Positions 18,391-26,811 of a DNA stretch of 64,000 nt are shown in pieces. The DNA lies in the NCBI GenBank assembly GCA_963616565.1, contig CAVEKX010000005.1, positions 12,127 through 76,126 on the forward strand. The letters run 5' to 3'. This stretch comes from Clostridium sp. CAG:343. Lineage in GTDB: Bacteria; Bacteroidota; Bacteroidia; Bacteroidales; Marinilabiliaceae. Position numbers and translations under genes: made by a program. Position 1 is the first letter of the stretch; every line of letters starts with the position of its first letter. Below the pieces are notes generated by a model. That model saw only the letters and a program-made list of their open reading frames with translations. It searched no databases and was not told the origin of the DNA.

Positions 18391-19728
18391 TTATCGCTGT
18401 TGCATCTTGCTGCCGAGCATACGAGCGAGGTTACGCCCTGCGCCAGAGTTCATGAGCTTCATGACCTTGCGGGTCTCCTCGAATTGCTTGAGGAGACGGT
18501 TGACCTCCTGAATGGACGTTCCGGAGCCGTCGGCGATACGTTTGCGTCGGCTGCCGTTGATGATTTGCGGGTTTTGACGCTCGACGGGGGTCATGGAGCG
18601 GATGATGGCCTCGATGCCCTTGAAAGCGTTATCGTCGATGTCGATGTTCTTGATCATCTTGCCGACACCAGGAATCATGGAAGCGAGATCCTTGAGGTTG
18701 CCCATCTTCTTGATCTGCTGGATTTGGTTGAGGAAGTCGTTGAAGTCGAACTTGTTTTGCGCGATCTTCTTTTGGAGCTTCTTGGCCTCATCCTCATCGA
18801 TTTGCGCCTTGGCGCGCTCGACGAGCGAGCGGATATCGCCCATGCCGAGGATACGGTCGGCCATGCGCGAAGGGTAGAAAGCGTCGATGGCATCCATTTT
18901 CTCGCCAGTGCCGACGAACTTGATAGGCTTGTTGACGACCTGACGGATGGAGAGAGCGGCACCGCCACGGGTATCGCCATCGAGCTTTGTGAGGATTACG
19001 CCGTCGAAGTCGAGACGATCGTTGAACTCACGCGCTGTATTGACGGCATCTTGACCCGTCATGGAGTCGACGACGAAGAGCGTCTCGGTGGGGTTGACAG
19101 CCTTCTTGATGGCCTCAATCTCGTTCATCATCTGCTCGTCGACGGCGAGACGGCCAGCGGTATCGATGATGACGACATCCTGACCATCCCTCTTAGCTTG
19201 GGCGATGCCTTTGCGAGCGAGGTCGACGGGGTCGGTATTGCCCTCCTCGGTAAAGACTGGGACACCGATCTGCTCGCCGAGAACCTGGAGCTGGTTGATA
19301 GCGGCAGGGCGATAGACGTCGCCTGCCACGAGGAGCGGGCTCTTGCCCTTCTTGGTCTTGAAGAGATTGGCGAGCTTGGAGGCGAAAGTCGTCTTACCCG
19401 AGCCTTGGAGACCGGACATGAGGATGATGGCGGGATTGCCTTTGAGGTTGACCTCGACGACATCGCCACCCATGGTTTGTGTCAGCTCGTCATAGACGAT
19501 GGAGACCATCATCTGACCCGGCTTGACGGAGCGGAGCACGTCTTGACCGAGTGCCTTTTGCTTTACATTGTCGGTGAACTGCTTGGCTACCTTGAAGTTG
19601 ACATCGGCATCGAGCAGGGCGCGGCGTATATCTTTGAGGGTCTCGGCTACGTTGAGCTCGTTGATCTTGCCCTCGCCTTTGAGCATCTGGAACGACTTTT
19701 CGAGCCGTTCGGAAAGGTTCTCAAACAT
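18391..19728 (-). CDS. ffh: Signal recognition particle protein
   Basis: 445 aa. MFENLSERL N-terminus, GLQGSGKTT P-loop, DTAGR, and a Met-rich M domain. Confidence 0.97.
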   Translation of the reverse strand: MFENLSERLEKSFQMLKGEGKINELNVAETLKDIRRALLDADVNFKVAKQFTDNVKQKALGQDVLRSVKPGQMMVSIVYDELTQTMGGDVVEVNLKGNPAIILMSGLQGSGKTTFASKLANLFKTKKGKSPLLVAGDVYRPAAINQLQVLGEQIGVPVFTEEGNTDPVDLARKGIAQAKRDGQDVVIIDTAGRLAVDEQMMNEIEAIKKAVNPTETLFVVDSMTGQDAVNTAREFNDRLDFDGVILTKLDGDTRGGAALSIRQVVNKPIKFVGTGEKMDAIDAFYPSRMADRILGMGDIRSLVERAKAQIDEDEAKKLQKKIAQNKFDFNDFLNQIQQIKKMGNLKDLASMIPGVGKMIKNIDIDDNAFKGIEAIIRSMTPVERQNPQIINGSRRKRIADGSGTSIQEVNRLLKQFEETRKVMKLMNSGAGRNLARMLGSKMQQR

Positions 19729-19791
19729 TGTATTTGTCGGTATATGATTTCCGCCGTCGGGGCGGACCGTATTGTTATTGTGAAGAGACTA

Positions 19792-20496
19792 TTAATATTG
19801 GATGGAGGAGGGGGAGGCAGTGTCGATGGACTTGAAGACTCGCCAGCCGGCGTCCTTCTCGGGGATGGGCGCGATGATGGTAACCTTCTGGTGTGAGACG
19901 GGGTGCTCGAACTCGACGGCACGGCTATGGAGATTGATGCCGCCGCCCTCGTTGCTGCGCTTAGCACCATATTTGAGGTCGCCTCTGATAGGGCAGCCGA
20001 TGCGTGCGAGTTGGGCGCGAATCTGGTGGTGGCGACCTGTGAGGATCTCGACTTCGAGGAGGTTTAGCCTTTCGGAGCTTGAGATGAGGCGGTAGGTTGT
20101 TATGGCCTCCTTGTAGCCTGTTCGTGGGCTGACGGATACGAGCGCGCGGTTCTTATCCTCGTTCTTGCCGATAAAGTGGCGGAGTGTGCCTTCGAGTTGC
20201 TCGGGTCGGTTTTGGGTGATGGCCCAGTAGACCTTGCGCACTTGCTTTTGCGCGAACATCTCGTTGAGGCGCGCGAGGGCTTTGCTGGTGCGAGCGAAGA
20301 GGACGACACCGCTGACGGGGCGGTCGATGCGGTGGACGACGCCCATGAAGACGTCGCCGGGCTTGGCATATTTCTCCTTGACGTATTGCTTGACATCGTC
20401 GAGGAGGGTGCGGTCGCCTGTCTTATCGGACTGGACGATTTCGCCAGCTTGCTTGTTGACGGCGATTATGTGGTTGTCTTCGTAGAGGATTTCCAT
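19792..20496 (-). CDS. RluA-family pseudouridine synthase
   Basis: The start at MEILYEDNHIIAVNKQAG (ATG at 20496) avoids overlap with panB. It has the HRIDRPVSG catalytic motif. Confidence 0.85.
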   Translation of the reverse strand: MEILYEDNHIIAVNKQAGEIVQSDKTGDRTLLDDVKQYVKEKYAKPGDVFMGVVHRIDRPVSGVVLFARTSKALARLNEMFAQKQVRKVYWAITQNRPEQLEGTLRHFIGKNEDKNRALVSVSPRTGYKEAITTYRLISSSERLNLLEVEILTGRHHQIRAQLARIGCPIRGDLKYGAKRSNEGGGINLHSRAVEFEHPVSHQKVTIIAPIPEKDAGWRVFKSIDTASPSSIQY

Positions 20497-20509
20497 GATA
20501 GGGGGTGGG

Positions 20510-21319
20510 TTAGTATTGTTCGTCGGCGGAGGGGAAAGAGCCGTTTTTGACATCGGAGTCGTAGGCTTGAACGGCTTCGGTTATAGCCTTACGGATGTTG
20601 GCGTAGTGGCGGACGAATTTGGGTCGGAAGATATCGGACATGCCGAGCATATCTTGCGCGACGAGGACTTGACCGTCGACTTGTGCACCTGCACCGATAC
20701 CGATGACAGGGATGGAGAGCGAGGATGACACTTGCGCTGCCAACTGATGAGGGATCTTCTCGAGAACCAAGGCGAAACAACCAGCATCTTGGAGCGCACG
20801 AGCATCGCGGAGCAGCTGCTCGGCCTCTTGCTCCTCCTTGGCGCGGAGACCATAGCCTCCGAAAGCATTGATGCTCTGGGGGGTGAGACCGAGATGCCCG
20901 ATGACGGGGATGCCGGCCTGGGTGATATGGCTGATGGCTTCGGCTACACGGACGCCGCCCTCGATTTTGACGGCATCGGCGAGCGTCTCCTTCATGATAC
21001 GCACGGCATTGTCAACGGCTTGCGACACGCTGGACTGGTATGAGCCGAAGGGCATGTCGATTACGACGAGCGCATGGGAAACGGCACGGACGACCGCGGC
21101 GCCATGGGCGATCATGAGGTCGAGCGAGATGGGGAGCGTCGTAGGCCAGCCGTGCATGACATTGGCGGCGGAGTCGCCGACGAGGATGGCATCGACGCCA
21201 GCCTGGTCGAGGATTTGGGCCATTGTGAAATCGTAGGCTGTGAGCATGGAGATCTTGTCTCCGTTTTGCTTCATCTGCCTAAAAGTATTTACTGTGACCT
21301 TAGATGTTTGCTTGGTCAT
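20510..21319 (-). CDS. panB: 3-methyl-2-oxobutanoate hydroxymethyltransferase
   Basis: 269 aa with LTAYDF, ILVGDS, DMPFGSY and VKIEGG. Confidence 0.95.
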   Translation of the reverse strand: MTKQTSKVTVNTFRQMKQNGDKISMLTAYDFTMAQILDQAGVDAILVGDSAANVMHGWPTTLPISLDLMIAHGAAVVRAVSHALVVIDMPFGSYQSSVSQAVDNAVRIMKETLADAVKIEGGVRVAEAISHITQAGIPVIGHLGLTPQSINAFGGYGLRAKEEQEAEQLLRDARALQDAGCFALVLEKIPHQLAAQVSSSLSIPVIGIGAGAQVDGQVLVAQDMLGMSDIFRPKFVRHYANIRKAITEAVQAYDSDVKNGSFPSADEQY

Positions 21320-21404
21320 TTTTTCGAGATGGGTATATACTGCGCGAAGATAGGTAAAATACTTAAAGGGTGGATGTTATGGGCGTTGGTAGAAGATATT
21401 GGCG

Positions 21405-22109
21405 TCAGGCAGCGATGGTTACGTTCCGGACATCGGGGAGGGAGGTTAGGGCTTGGATGACAGCGGACTGCGGGACGTGGCTTGTGAGCGTCAGTCGGAA
21501 TGTGACCGTTGACGATTGCGTAGCCGTATTGGCAGATGTGGATTGCTCGCGGAGGCGCGCCCCCGTGGTGGCTACTGCGGCAACGAGTCGCGCGGTGTCG
21601 GGGACCGGGGTGTCGAGCGTGACTGTGAGGATGAGATTCTCACCATCGATGCGGAGAAAACGCTCGAGACGCTCCATGGTGACGAGGATGAAGAGCGTCA
21701 TGAGCATCATGATGGTGGCAGCGAGGTAGAGCCCAGCCCCAGCTGTCATTCCGACTATGGCCGTCTGCCATATGCACGCAGCGGACGTGAGACCTTGGAC
21801 ACCGCCCTTGCTCTTGACTATGGCACCCGCACCAATGAAGCCTACGCCGGCGAGAACTTGCGCAGCGATACGTCCAGGGTCGCCATTGAGCATGTCGGGA
21901 TAAGCTTGAGGAACCCATATAGATATGACGACGGCACACGTGGAGCCGAGACATATAAGCGTGAAAGTACGCAGCCCTGCATCGTGTCGGCGGATCTGTC
22001 GTTCGAAACCGATGCAGAGACCGAGGACGAGACCGAGGGTGAGGCGAACCGCGCAGGTGGCGGGCGTTATGTGGTTTTCGGACAGGACTTGAGAGAGGAA
22101 GTCGAGCAT
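21405..22109 (-). CDS. MgtC/SapB-family membrane protein
   Basis: 234 aa. Four or five TM segments with GFERQIRRHDAGLRT, then a soluble ACT-like C-terminal domain. Confidence 0.8.
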   Translation of the reverse strand: MLDFLSQVLSENHITPATCAVRLTLGLVLGLCIGFERQIRRHDAGLRTFTLICLGSTCAVVISIWVPQAYPDMLNGDPGRIAAQVLAGVGFIGAGAIVKSKGGVQGLTSAACIWQTAIVGMTAGAGLYLAATIMMLMTLFILVTMERLERFLRIDGENLILTVTLDTPVPDTARLVAAVATTGARLREQSTSANTATQSSTVTFRLTLTSHVPQSAVIQALTSLPDVRNVTIAA

Positions 22110-22125
22110 GGCAGAAGTGTGTTTT

Positions 22126-22419
22126 TTATCGGAAGACGATATCTTTTATGGTGTCTTGACCGACAGCTTTGTTTATGGCGTTGAGGATTAGGCTCTTCAT
22201 GTGAATCAGCTCATTTCGGACGACGCTGCTATTCAGTCCGACGAAGAGAACCCCGTCGTGGACGCGGACGGACGACGTGGCGCGGACGACCGTAGGACCG
22301 ACAATATTGGCCCATATGCTTGCGGCGCGTTTTTCGAGGAGAAGTTTGGCCGTACCATCGTCGCGAAGGACTTCCGTGAGGACATCGCCAAAGAGCCTGG
22401 AGGTATCTAATTTCGTCAT
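22126..22419 (-). CDS. DUF721-like small protein downstream of recF
   Basis: 97-aa ORF beginning 2 nt after the recF stop. The recF-DUF721 pairing is common in Bacteroidota. Assignment is by context and size. Confidence 0.6.
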   Translation of the reverse strand: MTKLDTSRLFGDVLTEVLRDDGTAKLLLEKRAASIWANIVGPTVVRATSSVRVHDGVLFVGLNSSVVRNELIHMKSLILNAINKAVGQDTIKDIVFR

Positions 22420-22421
22420 AG

Positions 22422-23531
22422 TTAGTCAGTTGCTGGCGTTACGACCCCATCAGCGACATTGAAGATGGCAAAATCCTTGCTCGTCTTGTCGAGGACACGA
22501 CGGAGGCGGTCGATGTTGGTATCGGAGATGAAGGTCTGCCCGAAATTATCGGTTGTGAGCATAGAGATGAGATTGTCGCCACGGCGCGTATCGAGCTTGT
22601 CGAAAATGTCGTCGAGGAGGAGCGTCGGGAGCTGCGCTTTTTGCTCGGCGAGGTACTTGTATTGGGCGAGCTTGAGGGCAATGACAAAACACTTGCGCTG
22701 ACCTTGTGAGCCGACGCGCTTTATGGGGTATTCGTCCATGAGGAACTCGATGTCGTCCTTATGGATGCCGCGACTGGTGTAGCCGAGAGCGAGGTCGCGC
22801 TGACGTGCGTCGACGAGACCTTGGTAGAGCTCGTATCGGTCGAGCCCCGTGACGTAGTTCATGGTTATGGACTCGGCGTCGGCAGAAATTTGGCGATAGA
22901 AGTTGGCGGCCACGGGTTCGAGCCATTGGACGAACTGGCGTCGGCGCGAGGAGATGGCGAGCGCGTGGGAGGCGAGTTGCTGGTCATAGATGTCGAGGAG
23001 CTGGACATTGGGGGCTGGGGAGTCGGCAAGTTGCTTGAGGAGAATGTTGCGCTGCGTGATGATGCGGTTGTAGGCCATGAGATGGTCCATATAGGCCTTG
23101 TCGCATTGTGAGATGACGCTATCGGCGTAGCGGCGTCGGGCTTCGGCTCCGTCGGCAATAAGCTCTTCGTCAGCTGGGGAGATTATGACGAGAGGGAGGA
23201 GGCCGATGTGGTCGGCTATGCGTTGGTATTCCTTTTTGTCGCGCTTGAATTGCTTCTTTGCGCCTCGTTTGACACCGCAGTGGATGTCGGTTGTGAAGCC
23301 ATCGGCAGCGTAATGGCCTTGGATGACGAAGAAAGGCTCGCCGTGGCGAAGGTTGACCGTATCGGGGAGACCGAAATAGCTCTTGCAGAAAGAGAGATAG
23401 TATATGGAGTCGAGCACGTTAGTCTTGCCAGCGCCGTTGGGGCCGACGAGGCAATTGATCCCGTGCGAGAGGGTCAGATCGGCTGCCGCGATGTTGCGGT
23501 AGTTGATGATGTTGAGTCTATCGAGCGTCAT
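22422..23531 (-). CDS. recF: DNA replication/repair protein RecF
   Basis: 369 aa with Walker A GPNGAGKTN, signature SQGQRK and Walker B LLLDDIFDKLD. Confidence 0.95.
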   Translation of the reverse strand: MTLDRLNIINYRNIAAADLTLSHGINCLVGPNGAGKTNVLDSIYYLSFCKSYFGLPDTVNLRHGEPFFVIQGHYAADGFTTDIHCGVKRGAKKQFKRDKKEYQRIADHIGLLPLVIISPADEELIADGAEARRRYADSVISQCDKAYMDHLMAYNRIITQRNILLKQLADSPAPNVQLLDIYDQQLASHALAISSRRRQFVQWLEPVAANFYRQISADAESITMNYVTGLDRYELYQGLVDARQRDLALGYTSRGIHKDDIEFLMDEYPIKRVGSQGQRKCFVIALKLAQYKYLAEQKAQLPTLLLDDIFDKLDTRRGDNLISMLTTDNFGQTFISDTNIDRLRRVLDKTSKDFAIFNVADGVVTPATD

Positions 23532-23609
23532 GGCAAGACTCTAAGTTACGAAAAATTGAGGGATTTGGGGAGGTCGGGAGGTGTCGAATTGGGGAGGCGA
23601 AGATAAGAA

Positions 23610-23639
23610 AAAAGGTCATGCGTCACCGCACGACCTTTT
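23610..23639 (-). terminator. Hairpin plus T-run (- strand) between mdh and recF
   Basis: AAAAGGTC-a-TGCG-tcac-CGCA-c-GACCTTTT. On the - strand the stem runs into TTTTTT. It shares the 13-nt core tgcgtcaccgcac with the hairpin at 23844-23869. Confidence 0.55.
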
Positions 23640-23843
23640 CTAACTCTACGATTCGAGTTTGAACGGAGCGTCTTGTATTTTATTTACTGGTGGACCATAG
23701 AGGAGCGTACCCCAGGATAGTTGCAAGGCACATCGTTACGAAAATGGAAGGGAATTAACAAACCTTGGATAGTTAGCTATATTGTAATAACGAGAACGTA
23801 GGCTTTTTATTGCGTGTTGGAGAAAGATTTTTTTTGAAAGTAA

Positions 23844-23869
23844 GAGGCTGTGCGTCACCGCACAGCCTC
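23844..23869. repeat. Perfect 11-bp-stem hairpin sharing its core with 23610-23639
   Basis: gaggctgtgcg-tcac-cgcacagcctc. The identical 13-mer tgcgtcaccgcac occurs at 23851-23863 and 23619-23631. Confidence 0.6.
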
Positions 23870-23988
23870 GCACACTTACTACCATATAATCCATGACAGC
23901 CGCATCGTGCGATCGGCAAGAGAGCTGCCATGAAACTCTTCTCAAAATATGATACGCTCACGTGTTGCTTTTATTGTGACAGCATGAG

Positions 23989-24025
23989 AAAAAAAATCCG
24001 CCACACGCACGCAGCGTGTGGCGGA
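23989..24025 (-). terminator. Rho-independent terminator of mdh
   Basis: 12-bp stem tccgccacacgc / gcgtgtggcgga with a 5-nt loop, followed on the - strand by T8 (A-run 23989-23996 on the + strand). Confidence 0.75.
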
Positions 24026-24067
24026 TGGAGTTTATGGCTTCATGCCCCTAAGGGGCTTGAGCGTTGC

Positions 24068-25009
24068 TTACTTGGCAGCGTTGAGCTTGTCGAGAGCGCC
24101 CATGACCTCGAGGACATGCTGGCGACTGGTCTCGAGGAGAGCCTTCTCCTCATCGTTGAGCTTGAGCTCGATGACCTTCTCGACGCCGTTCTTGCCGAGG
24201 ACAACAGGAACACCGAGGTAGCAATCGTTGATGCCGTACTCGCCTTCGAGCTTGCAGCAGACGGGGAATACGCGCTTCTGATCCTTGACGATAGCCTCGA
24301 CCATCTGAGCTGCGGATGCGCCTGGAGCGTACCATGCGGAGGTGCCCATGAGCTTGACGAGCTCGCCACCGCCATTCTGGGTGCGCTTAACGATAGCGTC
24401 GAGGGTGTCCTTGTCGATGAGGTCGGTTACAGGGATGCCGGCGACAGTGGTGAAACGTGGGAGTGGAACCATGGTGTCGCCGTGGCCACCGAGGAGGAGA
24501 CCCTGGACATCCTTAACGGAGACGCCGAGGTGCTCAGCGATGAAGGCCTTGTAGCGAGCGCAGTCGAGGACACCGGCCATGCCGATGACGCGGTTGCGAG
24601 GGAACTTGGAGGTGATGTGAGCCTGGTAGGTCATGACATCGAGAGGGTTGGAAACGATGATGATGACTGCGTTGGGGCTTGCGGCTACTACCTGCTCGGT
24701 AACGGACTTGACGATACCGGAGTTGATGCCGATAAGGTCGTCGCGGGTCATGCCCGGCTTACGAGGGAGGCCAGAGGTGATGACGACGACGTCGGAGTTG
24801 GCGGTCTTGGAGTAGTCGTTGGTGGCGCCGGTGGTCTTTGTGTCGTAGAGGGTGATAGGGGACTTCTCGTAGACGTCGAGAGCCTTGCCCTCAGCTACGC
24901 CCTCTTTGATGTCGATGAGAACGACCTCGTTGACGACCTCGCGGTAAGCGAGAACGTCTGCTACGGTGGCGCCTACGTTGCCGGCGCCTACAACTGTTAC
25001 TTTAGACAT
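24068..25009 (-). CDS. mdh: Malate dehydrogenase (LDH-like MDH)
   Basis: 313 aa with VTVVGAGNVGAT, ITSGLPRKPGMTRDDL and GGHGDTMVP. Confidence 0.95.
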   Translation of the reverse strand: MSKVTVVGAGNVGATVADVLAYREVVNEVVLIDIKEGVAEGKALDVYEKSPITLYDTKTTGATNDYSKTANSDVVVITSGLPRKPGMTRDDLIGINSGIVKSVTEQVVAASPNAVIIIVSNPLDVMTYQAHITSKFPRNRVIGMAGVLDCARYKAFIAEHLGVSVKDVQGLLLGGHGDTMVPLPRFTTVAGIPVTDLIDKDTLDAIVKRTQNGGGELVKLMGTSAWYAPGASAAQMVEAIVKDQKRVFPVCCKLEGEYGINDCYLGVPVVLGKNGVEKVIELKLNDEEKALLETSRQHVLEVMGALDKLNAAK

Positions 25010-25056
25010 TGTATGCGATTTTAAGTTTTGTTCTTAATACTTCAGTTCTGCACCTA

Positions 25057-25064
25057 CAAAAATA
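25057..25064 (-). promoter_or_regulatory. Candidate -7 box for mdh (TATTTTTG on the - strand)
   Basis: The + strand reads caaaaata, the reverse complement of TAnnTTTG, 48 nt upstream of the mdh ATG. Confidence 0.3.
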
Positions 25065-25211
25065 GTAATGTCACACGAAATGCGGAAATCTTTCTTTAAT
25101 TATTTCGGCATCGGAGGGGGCATCAAGCGGCGCAGAGCCGTCAATGTTTTATATTTCAAGTATTACTTGCGCATTCAGTTTCAAACAGATTGTTTTTGAG
25201 GATGAAATACG

Positions 25212-25219
25212 TAGATTTG
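25212..25219 (+). promoter_or_regulatory. Candidate -7 box (TAGATTTG)
   Basis: Matches TAnnTTTG, 25 nt upstream of the ATG at 25244. Confidence 0.35.
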
Positions 25220-25243
25220 AAACATTAAATATGATGAAACAAG

Positions 25244-25984
25244 ATGGGAAAGCGACCTTTGATAATAGTTACTCCCCTATGGGACGAGGAGCGAAAGAGC
25301 CAATGGATGTTGCCTGGCTACATGAACGGATTGCGGAAGGCAGGAGCGGACGCCATTGTCCTTGACCTTAATGGAGATGAAGATTACCTGGAACGCATGA
25401 TGGGCATGGCAGACGGGCTGCTTATAACTGGCGGTCAGGATGTTACGCCCACATTGTATGGCGAGGAGCGGAAGCCGACGTGCGGTCAGACATGCGCAGC
25501 GTTGGACGATATGGAGTGGAAGCTTATGGCTATGGCGGAGGAGCGGGACGTGGCGACGCTGGGCATCTGCCGCGGATTGCAGTTTATGAACGTGTATTAT
25601 GGAGGGACGCTATATCAGGACATACCGGACGAGAAAGAGGGGGCGTTAGGGCATCGGATGACGGCCCCATACGACAGGGTGTTTCACGAGGTGGAGATTA
25701 AGGCGGGGACGCTGTTGGGCAAGGCATTGGGAGAGGGTCGCATGGGCGTGAACAGCTACCACCATCAGGGAGTGAGGATAGTAGGCGCGGGTCTGAGAGT
25801 GGCTGCGGTGGCGACAGATGGTCTTGTGGAGGCGTTGGAGCGAGAGGGGCGCAAGTTTATCGTAGGAGTGCAATGGCATCCAGAGTTTGCCCCCGAGGAC
25901 AGGAACGAGCAGTTGATTTTCAGGAGGTTTGTGGAGGAAGCAGGGGGAGGGAGCTTAGCTTTCAAATGGCAAAGGGCCATATAA
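25244..25984 (+). CDS. Class-I glutamine amidotransferase-like hydrolase (peptidase C26 / gamma-glutamyl-GABA hydrolase family)
   Basis: 246 aa with LGICRGLQFMNV (nucleophile Cys), SYHHQ and GVQWHPE. Confidence 0.8.
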   Translation: MGKRPLIIVTPLWDEERKSQWMLPGYMNGLRKAGADAIVLDLNGDEDYLERMMGMADGLLITGGQDVTPTLYGEERKPTCGQTCAALDDMEWKLMAMAEERDVATLGICRGLQFMNVYYGGTLYQDIPDEKEGALGHRMTAPYDRVFHEVEIKAGTLLGKALGEGRMGVNSYHHQGVRIVGAGLRVAAVATDGLVEALEREGRKFIVGVQWHPEFAPEDRNEQLIFRRFVEEAGGGSLAFKWQRAI

Positions 25985-25998
25985 GTGGGCTTGTTCTG

Positions 25999-26739
25999 TT
26001 AGATAAAACCCTCATTGGCCTTTGCCATACACATCAATTCGTATTGTTTCAATATACTTTCGTAACTATGGAACGCGACACGTTCTTTCACCTCCTTGAA
26101 AGCCGTTCTTCCCATCACCTTGTCGAATTGTTCCCTACGATTTTGTGGGGCAACGATCAAAAACCGACTATAGAAATCTTGCAAGTCGCAGAATTTCGTC
26201 ACTGAATTCTGTATGTCCGTGGAATGTTCTATTTCAAAAAAACTATTCGGCATGTTACGTTCATTGAACCAAATGACATCCACCGTCCTTGCCCTATCGG
26301 TCAAATTTTCGTACGAAAAAACAGGGATACGGATTGTTGAACAAATTTCTTTAAGTGGCTTTTCAAGAAACTTTCGATTTTGGTCTTGGGCAGGAACATA
26401 AGTCGTATAATGCCTCATGTTGCCAATCTCGACAATAAGCCCCTGATAGTAACCATGAGTAAACTGCTCAACGCTCTGCGCTTCTTGGACTTGGATATCA
26501 AATTTGCGCATCACTTCCTCACGGCACTCCTCTAAAGCCCAGAGTCCTGGTTGTATCTTGAAAGTTTCTTGTGATTGCTGAACGATTCGTCTAATGGACT
26601 CATTTGGAGTCTTAGTTGCCCACAAACTCGTATCGACAAGATGATACAGATTGCCAAGGGTAGCATAACCACCACACTTACGTATAGTGTCAATCACCTG
26701 TTGGGTCTGTGTATATTTCTTTTGCGCCATAACTGTCAA
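25999..26739 (-). CDS. Hypothetical protein: N-terminal winged-helix (HARE-HTH/Mrr_N-like) plus C-terminal restriction-endonuclease-like domain
   Basis: 246 aa. The N-terminus TIRKCGGYATLGNLY...ESIRRIVQQSQETFKIQPGLWAL resembles wHTH modules fused to nucleases. The C-terminus VDVIWFNERN...FFEIEHSTDI fits a D...E-x-E/H core. The gene is markedly AT-richer than its flanks. Confidence 0.5.
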   Translation of the reverse strand: MTVMAQKKYTQTQQVIDTIRKCGGYATLGNLYHLVDTSLWATKTPNESIRRIVQQSQETFKIQPGLWALEECREEVMRKFDIQVQEAQSVEQFTHGYYQGLIVEIGNMRHYTTYVPAQDQNRKFLEKPLKEICSTIRIPVFSYENLTDRARTVDVIWFNERNMPNSFFEIEHSTDIQNSVTKFCDLQDFYSRFLIVAPQNRREQFDKVMGRTAFKEVKERVAFHSYESILKQYELMCMAKANEGFI

Positions 26740-26811
26740 GAAGACATAATGTTATTATTCCTCAGGCATCCTATTACATAGTGTTTCGCTGATAGCTTGC
26801 CAGCAATCGGG

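Noticed and set aside
23680-23730. The segment ctggtggaccatagaggagcgtaccccagg loosely resembles the 5' end of a 5S rRNA.
   Set aside because: The similarity is limited to about 15 nt. The downstream conserved 5S elements (for example CCGAAC and loop E) are absent, and no 16S/23S genes are nearby.
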